A stretch of 64,000 bases of DNA from Promethearchaeota archaeon (GTDB taxonomy: Archaea; Asgardarchaeota; Lokiarchaeia; Sigyniarchaeales; SOKP01): positions 1 through 64,000 of the forward strand of contig JAHLWS010000073.1 in assembly GCA_019057795.1 (NCBI GenBank). Direction: 5' to 3'. Below are positions 48,072 to 58,583 of the stretch, one piece after another (within the stretch, counting starts at the first letter, position 1; every line of letters starts with the position of its first letter). A program made the position numbers and the translations under genes. Below the pieces are notes generated by a model that had not been told where the DNA came from, ran no database searches, and saw nothing but the letters and a program-made list of their open reading frames with translations.

Positions 48072-48131
48072 TTTAAAAAAATTAAAATTTTTAATAAAAA
48101 TGTTAAAAAAGTATAGGTGATTTAAAAACAG

Positions 48132-49151
48132 ATGAGTATGCTTAAATATATTCTAAGAAGGCTACTAGCTGCGGTTCCAGTATTATTTGGAGTGTTAACA
48201 ATTACTTTTGTTCTCTCAAGAATGATGCCAGGAGATCCAGTTTTAGCAACTATGCAAGCAAGATTTCCAACTGAAGCAGCATATCGGGCACAGTATGAAG
48301 CTTTAGGACTTCATTTACCATTAATAACACAATATTTTATCTATGTTGGGAAATTATTCATCGGAGATTGGGGCTATTCCTACTCTCTAGTTAGAGGGCA
48401 AGAAGTTTGGGATATTATAATGGAAAGATTCCCTAGAACTTTTGATATTGCGATTTTTGCAATTGTTATCGCAACAATCATAGGACTTAAAACAGGGGTG
48501 ATTTCAGCGACAAATAGGAACAAATGGAAGGACACACTACTAAGAGGCATTGCATTAATAGGTGTTTCGATTCCTATTTTTTGGATGGGGTTAATCTTAC
48601 AATTTTACCTATCTTTTCAATTGGGTTGGTTTCCAACAGCTAATTATAAAACCCCAGGAATCGGAGATCCCCCCCCAATTACGTTAAATAGAATTATTGA
48701 TGCAATATTATCAGGTCAAACATATTTAGTTACAGATTATTTACACCATTTGATTTTACCTATTTTCTGCTTATCTTTTATAACAATCGCAGGAATTACA
48801 AGACAAACACGTTCTAGTATGCTAGAAATACTAGAACAAGATTATGTTCGAACTGCAAGAGCTAAAGGATGTAAAGAACGAGATGTAATTAATACTCATG
48901 CTAGAAAAAATGCTCTCATTCCTACAATAACAGTTATTGGGTTGAACTTTGGGGGTCTTTTAGCGGGAGCGATTCTGACTGAAACTACTTTTAATTTGCA
49001 TGGAATAGGTGAAGCTTTAATTGCATCAATACAAAGTACAGATTACTGGCTTTTAAATGCAATTGTATTTTTAACAACAGTAGTTTTTATAGCTATAAAT
49101 TTAGGAGTAGACATTATTTATGGTTTTGTAGATCCAAGAATTAGATATTAA
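48132..49151 (+). CDS. dppB: Peptide ABC transporter permease
   Basis: MPGDP, GDWGYS, RSSMLEILEQDYVRTARAKG, DPRIRY. Confidence 0.96.
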   Translation: MSMLKYILRRLLAAVPVLFGVLTITFVLSRMMPGDPVLATMQARFPTEAAYRAQYEALGLHLPLITQYFIYVGKLFIGDWGYSYSLVRGQEVWDIIMERFPRTFDIAIFAIVIATIIGLKTGVISATNRNKWKDTLLRGIALIGVSIPIFWMGLILQFYLSFQLGWFPTANYKTPGIGDPPPITLNRIIDAILSGQTYLVTDYLHHLILPIFCLSFITIAGITRQTRSSMLEILEQDYVRTARAKGCKERDVINTHARKNALIPTITVIGLNFGGLLAGAILTETTFNLHGIGEALIASIQSTDYWLLNAIVFLTTVVFIAINLGVDIIYGFVDPRIRY

Positions 49152-49191
49152 AAACGCTTTAATGAATTTTAAAAAAAGAGATGATTTATAA

Positions 49192-50199
49192 ATGGCAGAT
49201 CAAGTTTATGAAATAGAATCCGATAAAGATTATTCCGAAAGAAAAGAGAATTTTTTAAAAACAATTTTAAAATGGATTGCATCCAATATTAAATTTCTAC
49301 TTATACCTGGTTCTAGAATAGATGAATTAACTTTACGAGAAATTGAATACGAAAAATCAATCAGCAAACGTAAATTTATTCGCAGGTTAAAATCAGCTTT
49401 AACGATTTTAGGAATTTCAATCATTTTCATAATAGTAACATTGGCAGTTTTTCCCGAATGGATATCTCCCTATACATACGAAGTAGCCAACGGCCTTTGG
49501 GAGGATTGGTGGAGTGCCCCTTCACCAAGTCATCCGTTAGGAACAACTGAATGGGGACGAGATGTATTAGCGCGAGCAATATTTGGTGCGAGATCATCTC
49601 TAACGATCGCCCTACCAGCTATTTCTTTTAGTGTTATATCTGGTGTAATGGTCGGTGTCATTGCTGCCTATTATGGTGGATGGGTTGATTCTATAATAAT
49701 GAGAGTCGTTGACATCTTTCTTGCATTTCCTGGTTTAATTCTTGCAATGGTATTTATTGCTATTTGGGGTCAAAGAATGGAATTCATTATGCTAGCATAT
49801 GGTATTATTGGCATACCGTATTATGCCAGGTTAATAAGAGGATCTGTACTTCAAGCACGAGCTTTACCTTATGTGGAAGCAGCAAGAGTAGCAGGTGCCG
49901 GGAATTGGAGAATAATGTTTAAACACATTTTACCTAATTGCATTCAACCTATTATTATATCTTTTACTTTCGATATTGGTGGCATTATTTTAAGCTTAGC
50001 GGGTTTAGCCTTTTTAGGATATAGTGATCTTAGAATGATTGAATGGGGAAGAGATATTAGTATGGCCCGTGGATATCTTATACCTGCTCCATGGGCATCC
50101 TTATGGCCTGGACTAATGATATTATTTACTGTATTAGGTTTCATGCTAGTTGGCGATGGATTGAGAGATGCTTTAGATCCAAGATTGAGGAATTTGTAG
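49192..50199 (+). CDS. dppC: Peptide ABC transporter permease
   Basis: HPLGTTEWGRDV, YVEAARVAGA, KHILPN, GDGLRDALDPR. Confidence 0.96.
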   Translation: MADQVYEIESDKDYSERKENFLKTILKWIASNIKFLLIPGSRIDELTLREIEYEKSISKRKFIRRLKSALTILGISIIFIIVTLAVFPEWISPYTYEVANGLWEDWWSAPSPSHPLGTTEWGRDVLARAIFGARSSLTIALPAISFSVISGVMVGVIAAYYGGWVDSIIMRVVDIFLAFPGLILAMVFIAIWGQRMEFIMLAYGIIGIPYYARLIRGSVLQARALPYVEAARVAGAGNWRIMFKHILPNCIQPIIISFTFDIGGIILSLAGLAFLGYSDLRMIEWGRDISMARGYLIPAPWASLWPGLMILFTVLGFMLVGDGLRDALDPRLRNL

Positions 50200-50243
50200 T
50201 TTTATTAATTAATCAAAAAAAATAACATTTGAGGAATAATTAG

Positions 50244-51512
50244 ATGATTGATTTAAATAGTGATAAAAAAGTTGAAAAAATAGAGGAACCTGAAGATAGT
50301 TCTGAAATAACAAAATCATTAATCGAAATAAACAATTTAAAAACTTATTTCTTTACTGAAGAAGGTATTGTTAAAGCAGTAGATGGAGTATCTTTTTCTA
50401 TTTTTGAGAACGAGATACTTGGACTTGTAGGTGAAACTGGGTGTGGAAAATCCGTTACAGCTCTTTCTATTCTTGGTTTAGTTCGTTCACCTGGAAAAAT
50501 AATGGAAGGTTCAATTACCCTTAAAGGAGTAGATCTAATCTCATTAAGTGTGAAAGAAATGAGGAACTATCGTGGGAAAGAGATCACCATGATATTTCAG
50601 GACCCGCTCAATTCACTCAATCCAGTAATTTCAGTTGGCAACCAAGTAGGTGAAGTTTTTTTACTACATCAAAAAGAAAGAATTAAAAATACCTTAAGAG
50701 AACGCCGTTTGGAAAAGAAAGAAAAACTTAAAGAAAAAAGAGAACTAAAAAATAAATTAAAAAATGAAGCTGAAAGATTAACCACGGAAGAAGTAAATGA
50801 AATAAACGAAAGAATTGAAAAATTGCTGACAGAAACTAAAGGAGCTTTATCAATAGGTAGTATAGTAAAAGATGAATCAGAAAAAATTATTACAGAAGTA
50901 GGAATAGCTGATGCTAAAGGAATATTAAAAAGGTATCCACATGAATTAAGTGGTGGTATGAGACAAAGAGTAATGATTTCAATGGCACTTTCATGTAATC
51001 CCGTTTTATTAATTGCTGACGAACCAACGACAGCTTTAGATGTTACAATCCAAGCTCAAATTCTTGATTTAATGAAAGAGTTGAAAAGGAAATTTAAAAC
51101 TTCTATTTTAATGATAACTCATGACTTAGGAATTATTGCAGATTTATGTGATAGAGTTGCTGTAATGTATAGTGGTAATATCGTTGAATACGCAACAGCT
51201 GTTGATTTATTTAAAAATCCACGACATCCTTATACTCAAGGATTAATTGGCGCAATACCAAGCATAGAAAAGAGGGATCAAAAATTAAAAACAATACGTG
51301 GAATGGTTCCAAATTTAATTTATCCTCCCTCTGGTTGCAGATTTCATCCTAGATGCGATTTTAGATTAGAAATATGCGATAAAGTAAAACCGAAATTCCT
51401 CAAAATTGGTAATAGATATTTTATTGCTTGCCACATGTTTGATCCTGAATATAAAGATTCGCCTAAATATCAATGGGAAGAAGCAGAATTAGAACTATCA
51501 GGAAGATTTTAA
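50244..51512 (+). CDS. dppD: Peptide ABC transporter ATPase with coiled-coil insertion
   Basis: GETGCGKS, YPHELSGGMRQR, ADEPTTALD, GCRFHPRC. Confidence 0.96.
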   Translation: MIDLNSDKKVEKIEEPEDSSEITKSLIEINNLKTYFFTEEGIVKAVDGVSFSIFENEILGLVGETGCGKSVTALSILGLVRSPGKIMEGSITLKGVDLISLSVKEMRNYRGKEITMIFQDPLNSLNPVISVGNQVGEVFLLHQKERIKNTLRERRLEKKEKLKEKRELKNKLKNEAERLTTEEVNEINERIEKLLTETKGALSIGSIVKDESEKIITEVGIADAKGILKRYPHELSGGMRQRVMISMALSCNPVLLIADEPTTALDVTIQAQILDLMKELKRKFKTSILMITHDLGIIADLCDRVAVMYSGNIVEYATAVDLFKNPRHPYTQGLIGAIPSIEKRDQKLKTIRGMVPNLIYPPSGCRFHPRCDFRLEICDKVKPKFLKIGNRYFIACHMFDPEYKDSPKYQWEEAELELSGRF

Positions 51513-51552
51513 AAAATAACTATAATAAATAATTAAAAAGAGGTTTAAAAAA

Positions 51553-52602
51553 ATGACTATAAGTGAAGATATGACAATTGACTCCAAAAAATCGGATGAT
51601 GTTATACTTTCTGTAAAAAATTTAAAAACATATTACCCTATTTATGGTGGTATATTAAAACGTAAAATTGGAGAAGTTAAAGCAGTAGATGGAGTTTCTT
51701 TTAATCTTCATAAAAGAGAAACCTTAGGATTAGTAGGTGAAAGTGGATGCGGCAAAACGACTATTGGAAACACTATTTTAAATTTAGTTCCAGCTACATC
51801 TGGAGAAATTTGGTTCAAAAATGAGAGAATTGATGACAATTTTAAAAAGGATTTACGGAAAAAAATTCAAATGGTATTCCAAGATCCTGATTCTTCTCTT
51901 AATCCAAGATGGAAAGTAGTAAATATTATCGGTGAGCCCTTAAAACTCTTAATGAGGATGAAAAAAAAACGAGAGATTCGAAGACGAGTTCTTGAACTAT
52001 TAGAAACAGTGTCTATGAAAAATGAGCATTTAGATCGATTTCCACATGAATTCTCTGGAGGGCAAAAACAAAGAATTGTTATAGCAAGAGCTCTTGCTTG
52101 TAATCCTGAATTAATAATTTTAGATGAACCAACATCTGCTCTTGATGTATCCGTACAAGCCCAAATTTTAAACTTATTGAAAGCCCTTCAGAAAGAATTC
52201 GACTTATCTTATCTGTTCATTACGCATGATTTAAGTGTTATTCAACATATAGGTGATAGAATAGAGGTTATGTACTTAGGAAAATTCGTTGAGGGAGGCC
52301 CTATTGAAGAAGTATTCTATAACCCAGCGCATCCCTATAGTAAAGCCTTATTATCAGCAAGACCGACATTTGATCCGACTTCTAGAATAGATAGGATTAT
52401 TCTTGAAGGAGATGTGCCAAGCCCTATTAATCCGCCTTCAGGATGTTCCTTTCATCCTCGATGTCAAGAAATGGAAAAACATGAGGGGTGTGGTGTAAAT
52501 ACCCCTCCAAGAGTTCAATTAGGTAAAGATCATTACATGTACTGCGTACCATTAAAAGATGAAAAAAAGTCGTATAAAGGAATGGAATATATCTCAGACT
52601 AA
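51553..52602 (+). CDS. dppF: Peptide ABC transporter ATPase
   Basis: GESGCGKT, FPHEFSGGQKQR, LDEPTSALDVSVQAQ, GCSFHPRC. Confidence 0.96.
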   Translation: MTISEDMTIDSKKSDDVILSVKNLKTYYPIYGGILKRKIGEVKAVDGVSFNLHKRETLGLVGESGCGKTTIGNTILNLVPATSGEIWFKNERIDDNFKKDLRKKIQMVFQDPDSSLNPRWKVVNIIGEPLKLLMRMKKKREIRRRVLELLETVSMKNEHLDRFPHEFSGGQKQRIVIARALACNPELIILDEPTSALDVSVQAQILNLLKALQKEFDLSYLFITHDLSVIQHIGDRIEVMYLGKFVEGGPIEEVFYNPAHPYSKALLSARPTFDPTSRIDRIILEGDVPSPINPPSGCSFHPRCQEMEKHEGCGVNTPPRVQLGKDHYMYCVPLKDEKKSYKGMEYISD

Positions 52603-52710
52603 TCAAATATTTTTCCTTTTCAATTTTCATAATACTTTTTCTTAAGTAGATTTAATATTATTAGAAAAATCATAAAAAAAATAAATTATTGAACTTTTTT
52701 TATAATAATC

Positions 52711-53880
52711 ATGCCTCACAAATCTCAGATTTTTGTAGTAAAAACGTCTCCAAATACAGTTTTGGAGGATTATAAAAAATTAATGCATTTAGCAGAATAT
52801 GAAAAGTTTTACGATAAAAATAATAAAACCATCTTAAAATTAAATTTAAGTTGGTCAAAATTTTTCCCTTCGTGCTCCAGTCCACCATGGCAAGTGGAAG
52901 GAGTACTAAAAACTATGGTAGAAGATGGTTATAATCCAAAAAAAATCTTCACTGCTGAAAATAGAACTGTCGTGACGAACATCGAAAAGGGGCTAAAAGG
53001 AAACAAGTGGGGCCCTATTATCAAGAGATATGGTGCGTGGTTTGTACCGTTAACACGGGTACCGTTTGTGCCGTATGAATCGTTAAGACATAGATTTATT
53101 TCGTTGAAAAATAGGCAGTTGCATGTTCTTGATTCTAAAATATTTCCAGAAGGTTTTAAAATTCCAGAATTTTACGTTGGGAAATCCATAATTCACCTTC
53201 CAACCATGAAAACTCACGGTCATACGGGGGCGATCGGAGGCTCATTGAAACAAACCAAGGAAGAAATGAAGCATGGGGGTATAACATGCGCTATGAAAAA
53301 TGCCTTCGGTGGCCTTTTGACCAAGCGTAGACATTTTAGTCACCAATTTATATCTGAAGTATTAGTAGATTTGTTAATAATTCAAAAACAAATACACCCG
53401 AACATTATGGCGATAGTAGATGGAACTGTGTGTGGGGATGGGGCGGGACCAAGAACTATGATTCCTCGAATAAAAAATTTTCTCCTTGCGGGGTACGACC
53501 AAGTCGCAGTTGACGCCGTTGTAGCAAAAATGTTAGGATTTGAACCTTTGAAACTACCAGCTATAAAATTAGCCCATGAAGAAGGGTTGGGCTGCGGAGA
53601 CTTCGAAGATATTGAGATTATTGGAGAAGATGTATCGAACATAAATTGGAACTTTAAAGTAAAACGCAGTTTGGTAATTTGGGGAGATCAGATGGTTAGG
53701 AAAGGATCTTTACAGTTTATAAATCCATTATTACAAAATAAAATCTTTTTTACTTTTCCAATTTTAGGTTCCTTAATCTTTCATGATATGCTATGGTACC
53801 CTACAATCGGCAAGAAAAGAATAAATAATTTCCTTAAATCAGGATGGGGAAAACTTTTCAAAAATTATCCTCATAATTAG
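52711..53880 (+). CDS. DUF362 family protein
   Basis: ILKLNLSW, LPTMKTH, TCAMKNAFG, DGTVCGDGAGP, DQVAVD. Confidence 0.88.
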   Translation: MPHKSQIFVVKTSPNTVLEDYKKLMHLAEYEKFYDKNNKTILKLNLSWSKFFPSCSSPPWQVEGVLKTMVEDGYNPKKIFTAENRTVVTNIEKGLKGNKWGPIIKRYGAWFVPLTRVPFVPYESLRHRFISLKNRQLHVLDSKIFPEGFKIPEFYVGKSIIHLPTMKTHGHTGAIGGSLKQTKEEMKHGGITCAMKNAFGGLLTKRRHFSHQFISEVLVDLLIIQKQIHPNIMAIVDGTVCGDGAGPRTMIPRIKNFLLAGYDQVAVDAVVAKMLGFEPLKLPAIKLAHEEGLGCGDFEDIEIIGEDVSNINWNFKVKRSLVIWGDQMVRKGSLQFINPLLQNKIFFTFPILGSLIFHDMLWYPTIGKKRINNFLKSGWGKLFKNYPHN

Positions 53881-54671
53881 GGTTTAATTTCTTTCGCATC
53901 TTTAAGAACTCCCTCTATTAAATCTCTAAAATTAAGATTATATTTCTTATCTAATTGAATATGGATCAAAAATTCAACAGCCCCTCCTTTTCCTAAAAGA
54001 GGAGAAACCATTATACCCTTAGGAAAGAAAGAATTCTCAACATTCCATTCCATTAGGTTAAGTAAAATCTGGTAAAGCTTTTCTGAATCATTTATTACTT
54101 TTAATTTGGTTTCTTCACGAAAGTTTGTTTCAAAAAGAGGTTTAACTAAAACAACAATATCTCCATTTTTCTTCAAATAATTCCTAATGTTAGGTAGTAC
54201 TGACTTGAGCGAAGAGAAAGTTATGTCTATTGTTACAATGTCTACTTTATTGGGTAGAGTTTTCAAACTTCTAGCATCGACTCCTAATAGTTCGACAATT
54301 TTTTCATTCTTGCATTTTAAGGAAGGATGAAGTATATCTGTTGCAGTATCAATTGCGTAAATTTTAATCGCTCCATGTTGCAATAAGCAATCTGTAAAAC
54401 CTCCGATTGAAGCTCCAATATCAGCGCAAACCTTTCCTTTAACTGAGATAGAGAAACGCTCTAATGCCGCTTCTAACTTAAGTCCTCCCCGCCCAACATA
54501 AGGAAATTTTCTCATTAATTGGATGTCAGAAGTGTTTTCAATTTTTTTACCCGGTTTAGTATTTATTACATCGTTTACATACACATATCCCTTTTTTATT
54601 AACCACTGTGCTTTTGTTCTACTTTCTACTAACCTTCTTTCCACTAATAGGATGTCTAAGCGTTCTTTCAT
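53877..54671 (-). CDS. tlyA: TlyA-family rRNA 2'-O-methyltransferase (S4 + FtsJ domains)
   Basis: ERLDILLV..SRTKA, YVGRGGLKL, DIGASIGGFTDCLLQHGA, LVKPLFE; likely start ATG 54671. Confidence 0.92.
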   Translation of the reverse strand: MKERLDILLVERRLVESRTKAQWLIKKGYVYVNDVINTKPGKKIENTSDIQLMRKFPYVGRGGLKLEAALERFSISVKGKVCADIGASIGGFTDCLLQHGAIKIYAIDTATDILHPSLKCKNEKIVELLGVDARSLKTLPNKVDIVTIDITFSSLKSVLPNIRNYLKKNGDIVVLVKPLFETNFREETKLKVINDSEKLYQILLNLMEWNVENSFFPKGIMVSPLLGKGGAVEFLIHIQLDKKYNLNFRDLIEGVLKDAKEIKP

Positions 54672-54792
54672 CTCTTCAGCATAAAAATATTTTAATATCA
54701 ATTGGTAATAACGATGAAAATAATAAAATCATTTTTATGAATTTCTATAAAAAGTCGAATTTTATATTCTTAGAATAAAAACTTAATGTGAT

Positions 54793-55302
54793 ATGTCTAA
54801 TTCTTTAGTTGATTATCTTTACTTTAGTCAGATTGTAAACATAAAAAAGAAATTCTTTAACATAGAATTAAAGTTTATTAAATTCTTTTTTGAAATTACA
54901 AAAATCGTTCCGGTATTTGTAATTATCAGAAATCAGTTTGTATTCTATTTTGTAAAACCAAGAGATTTTTTTATAGCTAAATTTTTTCTAAGAAAATTAA
55001 GATATAAGCTCAATGGTAAAAAAATTTCAATAATCCGGGCTGAAACAACGTTAATAAGGCTAGTTTTCAGCTTTTTTGACGATGTTTATATTCATAATGT
55101 AAAATTGATTGAAAAAACAAATGGAACTTTAATTGATGTAATATTTTTATTTGATAAAGATAGGGCTATTGCCGTTGGAAATGAAGGCGGTTATATTAAA
55201 GCCGTTAATTATATCTTTAGAAATTACATTGATTTTGATAGTCCTTTTAACCAATTCGAAAAAGATCCGGTAGAAATAAAGTGTACTAAAACTAATTTAT
55301 AA
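54793..55302 (+). CDS. Divergent archaeal NusA-like KH-domain protein
   Basis: KKISIIR..TLIRLVFSFF, DRAIAVGNEGGYIKAV (KH GxxG). Confidence 0.7.
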   Translation: MSNSLVDYLYFSQIVNIKKKFFNIELKFIKFFFEITKIVPVFVIIRNQFVFYFVKPRDFFIAKFFLRKLRYKLNGKKISIIRAETTLIRLVFSFFDDVYIHNVKLIEKTNGTLIDVIFLFDKDRAIAVGNEGGYIKAVNYIFRNYIDFDSPFNQFEKDPVEIKCTKTNL

Positions 55303-55327
55303 TCAAGACGAGTTTTTTATCATGTAG

Positions 55328-56431
55328 CTAGTGTTTATTTTTTTCCTCGATTCTACCTGCTAAATAAAAACTTATTTTACCTAATATTACTTTTAATGAA
55401 GCCTTCCAACCCCAAGTTTTGTATATTTGCCTTAATATCAAGCCAACCAAAATAAAAGAAACTACAACGGCTATCCAAATACTAAATGGATCTAAGCTGT
55501 TTAAAAAAATAAAATACATCAAATTATGCCCTAAATAAACAGTAAAGGAATAATAAGAGAAGTAAAACAATAGTTTGTAACTTCTTTTAGTTTTAAAAAC
55601 GTTAAATTCCTCAAGAGTTATTAATATTAACAGCAATATTAAATCGATACCTAACGTATAAATTAACCAAGAAAAACTGCTTCTGATTAGAAAACTTGGA
55701 AAATCAAATATTAAGCCAAAAAAAATTAACAATAAACCAAAGATACACATTGGTAAAAATAATCTTTTTTTCAACTCATTTTTTCTGTTTTGTGGTTTTT
55801 TGTTGAAATTTATCTCATATAAGACATCTCCAATAACAGTTCCAAAAAGAAAAAAGGGAAAAAAGTTAAGTAAAGTATCTTGACCTAAATCGTTATATAA
55901 AATGTGATATAAGACGCCTTGTAGAGTTGCTAAACCTTGATGTGGAGATAAGAAATTATAAATAAATTGATTTATGATCCAAATCGAAAAACAAATAAAA
56001 ATTCTAGTCTTTTTTGATAATTTAAATAATGGCCATGTTATAAGTAAGGAAAAGGCAGCAGTCATTAATACAAACCATGTCCAAATCCATGATAAGTTAC
56101 CTATCGAAAGAGCTATTGCAAAATTATAACCTAAAGCAATTATGAATAAAAATAATGCTCGAAAGTAATAAGATTGTTTTACTCTCGAATAACTTAGCTC
56201 ATTCAATATCTCAACTCTATAAATTCGATCTCGATACGATATAGCTATACTTACGCCTGAAATAAATAAAAACCCAGAAGCCCCAATCGGATCCAAAATA
56301 CTATGAGTATAATTTTTTAAAGAAAAATATTCAGCTTTAAGCCACCAGTCTAATAAATGACCTAAAAACATCCAACCCATACATATTCCGCGAAATATGT
56401 CAATACTTTTTAGTCTTTTCATTAATTTCAA
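55328..56431 (-). CDS. DUF1624 / heparan-alpha-glucosaminide N-acetyltransferase-like membrane acyltransferase
   Basis: RLKSIDIFRG...FLGH, FLFISGVS, YSFTVYLGH. Confidence 0.85.
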   Translation of the reverse strand: MKLMKRLKSIDIFRGICMGWMFLGHLLDWWLKAEYFSLKNYTHSILDPIGASGFLFISGVSIAISYRDRIYRVEILNELSYSRVKQSYYFRALFLFIIALGYNFAIALSIGNLSWIWTWFVLMTAAFSLLITWPLFKLSKKTRIFICFSIWIINQFIYNFLSPHQGLATLQGVLYHILYNDLGQDTLLNFFPFFLFGTVIGDVLYEINFNKKPQNRKNELKKRLFLPMCIFGLLLIFFGLIFDFPSFLIRSSFSWLIYTLGIDLILLLILITLEEFNVFKTKRSYKLLFYFSYYSFTVYLGHNLMYFIFLNSLDPFSIWIAVVVSFILVGLILRQIYKTWGWKASLKVILGKISFYLAGRIEEKNKH

Positions 56432-56477
56432 AAAATATTTGTGAATTAAACTTAAATATTTAGAATTTAATTCTAAA

Positions 56478-57575
56478 CTAATTAAAATTTTTTCTATTAT
56501 CGATTAATTTAGCAATTCCTAGACTCAACCTACCTATTTGTGCTTTTATGGAAAAGTTAGAGCCCCATTTGTTATGGATACTCCTTAAGGCAAATCCTAT
56601 GATGAGTATTATTGCTGATATATAAATCCAAATGTTAAATGGATACAAACTATCTACAAATAGAAAATATAATAAATTATGTAAGAGGTATACTGTAAAG
56701 GAGTAATAAGAAAAATAAGAGAGAAATCGGTATCTTTTTTGAGTATTAAGCATCCCAATTTCTTCCATTCCCAATATAAATGCAAAAATTATTAATTCAA
56801 TTCCTAAAGAATAAAAAAACCAAGAAAATGTTCGATGATGTAAAAAGTTTGGAAATTGAAAGATAACCCCAAATACTATTAAAATTACTCCTGATATTAA
56901 TGAAGGAATTAGAAATTTCTTTTTAAATACTTCTCTATTAACCTTTTTGTTATCATCTGAATATAAATCGTAAAGAACATCTCCTATAACAGTACCTATA
57001 ACAAAAAACGTAAAAAACGATAATATCGGGTCTAATTCCAAGTTATTGTACAATACATAATACATAACGCCAAAAAGATTATTTTGACCAACATATCCCA
57101 ATAAAAAAGTTATTAATATTTGGTTTAGAAACCATAAACTTATTCCAAAACAGATTCTAAATAGCTTCGATGTTTTAAACAACGGCCAAATCATAATAAG
57201 AGAAATTGCAATTGTAAGAAGAATAAACCAATGCCATATTATAGATAGATCATGAAACATTACTGCAACAAATGTGTTATAAAGCAAAGAAATTATTAAA
57301 ATAAAAAAAGCTCGAAGGAAATACTCGTTTCTTAGAGTTTTTTTACCGTAAGATTTCGATATTTCAGCCTTTTTAGTTCTGCTTCTATACGATAAAACTG
57401 CACTTACTCCAGAAAGAAATAAAAAGGCTCCTGATCCTATTGGATCTGCAATTGCTCTATATATATCAAAGAACCACATGCTCTCTTGAGTAAGGTACCA
57501 CTCGGTCATATGGCCCACGATCATATGCACCATGCTTAATCCGCGCAAAATATCGATAGTTTTAAATCTTTTCAA
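56478..57575 (-). CDS. DUF1624 / HGSNAT-like membrane acyltransferase (tandem paralogue)
   Basis: RFKTIDILRG...IVGH, FLFLSGVS, YSFTVYLLH. Confidence 0.85.
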   Translation of the reverse strand: MKRFKTIDILRGLSMVHMIVGHMTEWYLTQESMWFFDIYRAIADPIGSGAFLFLSGVSAVLSYRSRTKKAEISKSYGKKTLRNEYFLRAFFILIISLLYNTFVAVMFHDLSIIWHWFILLTIAISLIMIWPLFKTSKLFRICFGISLWFLNQILITFLLGYVGQNNLFGVMYYVLYNNLELDPILSFFTFFVIGTVIGDVLYDLYSDDNKKVNREVFKKKFLIPSLISGVILIVFGVIFQFPNFLHHRTFSWFFYSLGIELIIFAFILGMEEIGMLNTQKRYRFLSYFSYYSFTVYLLHNLLYFLFVDSLYPFNIWIYISAIILIIGFALRSIHNKWGSNFSIKAQIGRLSLGIAKLIDNRKNFN

Positions 57576-57686
57576 TTACAGTATCCCCAAAGCTCCAAGT
57601 GCTATAGATAGCAATAATTTTTAAAATCTTTTTTATAACTGTAATTTGATGAAATTATTCAAAATTATTAAATTTTTCAGCTATAA

Positions 57687-58541
57687 CTAATAATATCTTA
57701 TTTCATTAATCAACCGAGTAGATTCTTTAAGTGAAATTTCACCGTGTAACACATTTTCAGCAATTTCTCCCAGTGTATTTATATTTTCGTCAATCTTTTC
57801 AAAATTCCTTTTGAATACACCTTCATTTTGTAATTTATTTAATCTTTTTTGTTTGTAAATCGAGTCGTAATTTTTCTCGTTTACTTCAATGCCTTTCCTA
57901 AATGCTAATATTAATGCTGAGATTTCATCTTTAGAAAAATTTCGTTCTTTTTGTTTTTTAATTATTCTCATTTTCGAGGATTTGTATTCATTAATTAAAA
58001 ATATATTAACATTCTTTCTCCCGTGTAAAAATTTAAAAATATTTTCTATTAATTCATATGTAAATGATGGTACACCCATTCCTAATTTAAAAGTTAGCAC
58101 CATTAAATTTGGGTTGCTATCTTGAAAAGTGTGAATGTTGTTCTTTATAGCTACCAATAACTCGTCTTTTTCATAACAACAAAAAGAATCTAAATAATAA
58201 TCATCTAAAAAAATCATCAATCCAATTTTTTTTCCCGGATCGATTGAAAAAGTTAAACTTAAGTAGTTATTTTTATATTCTATACGATATGCAGAGATTA
58301 CTCTTAATAGATATTGCTCGAAATTCTCGCCTTTCGAATATACAAGAAAACTTACCTTAAGATCTTTATTATAATAACTTTCAAATTCATCCCGTGTTGT
58401 TAAGATAATGGATGGAGCGTTTGGAATTTTATTTCCAGGATTTAATATTTCAGCTTTAATTCTTTTTTCATTTAATCTTTTATTTATTTTATAAAAAAAG
58501 TTCAGATTCTCCGTTAATATATATAAATGTTTATTTCTCAA
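57687..58541 (-). CDS. Hypothetical protein with RNase H-like (YqgF/RuvC-type) domain
   Basis: FSIDPGKKIGL, LINEYKSS, KDEISALILA. Confidence 0.6.
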   Translation of the reverse strand: MRNKHLYILTENLNFFYKINKRLNEKRIKAEILNPGNKIPNAPSIILTTRDEFESYYNKDLKVSFLVYSKGENFEQYLLRVISAYRIEYKNNYLSLTFSIDPGKKIGLMIFLDDYYLDSFCCYEKDELLVAIKNNIHTFQDSNPNLMVLTFKLGMGVPSFTYELIENIFKFLHGRKNVNIFLINEYKSSKMRIIKKQKERNFSKDEISALILAFRKGIEVNEKNYDSIYKQKRLNKLQNEGVFKRNFEKIDENINTLGEIAENVLHGEISLKESTRLINEIRYY

Positions 58542-58583
58542 TTTATTAATATAAATTAAAGATTTAATTAAAAACTTTTAATT

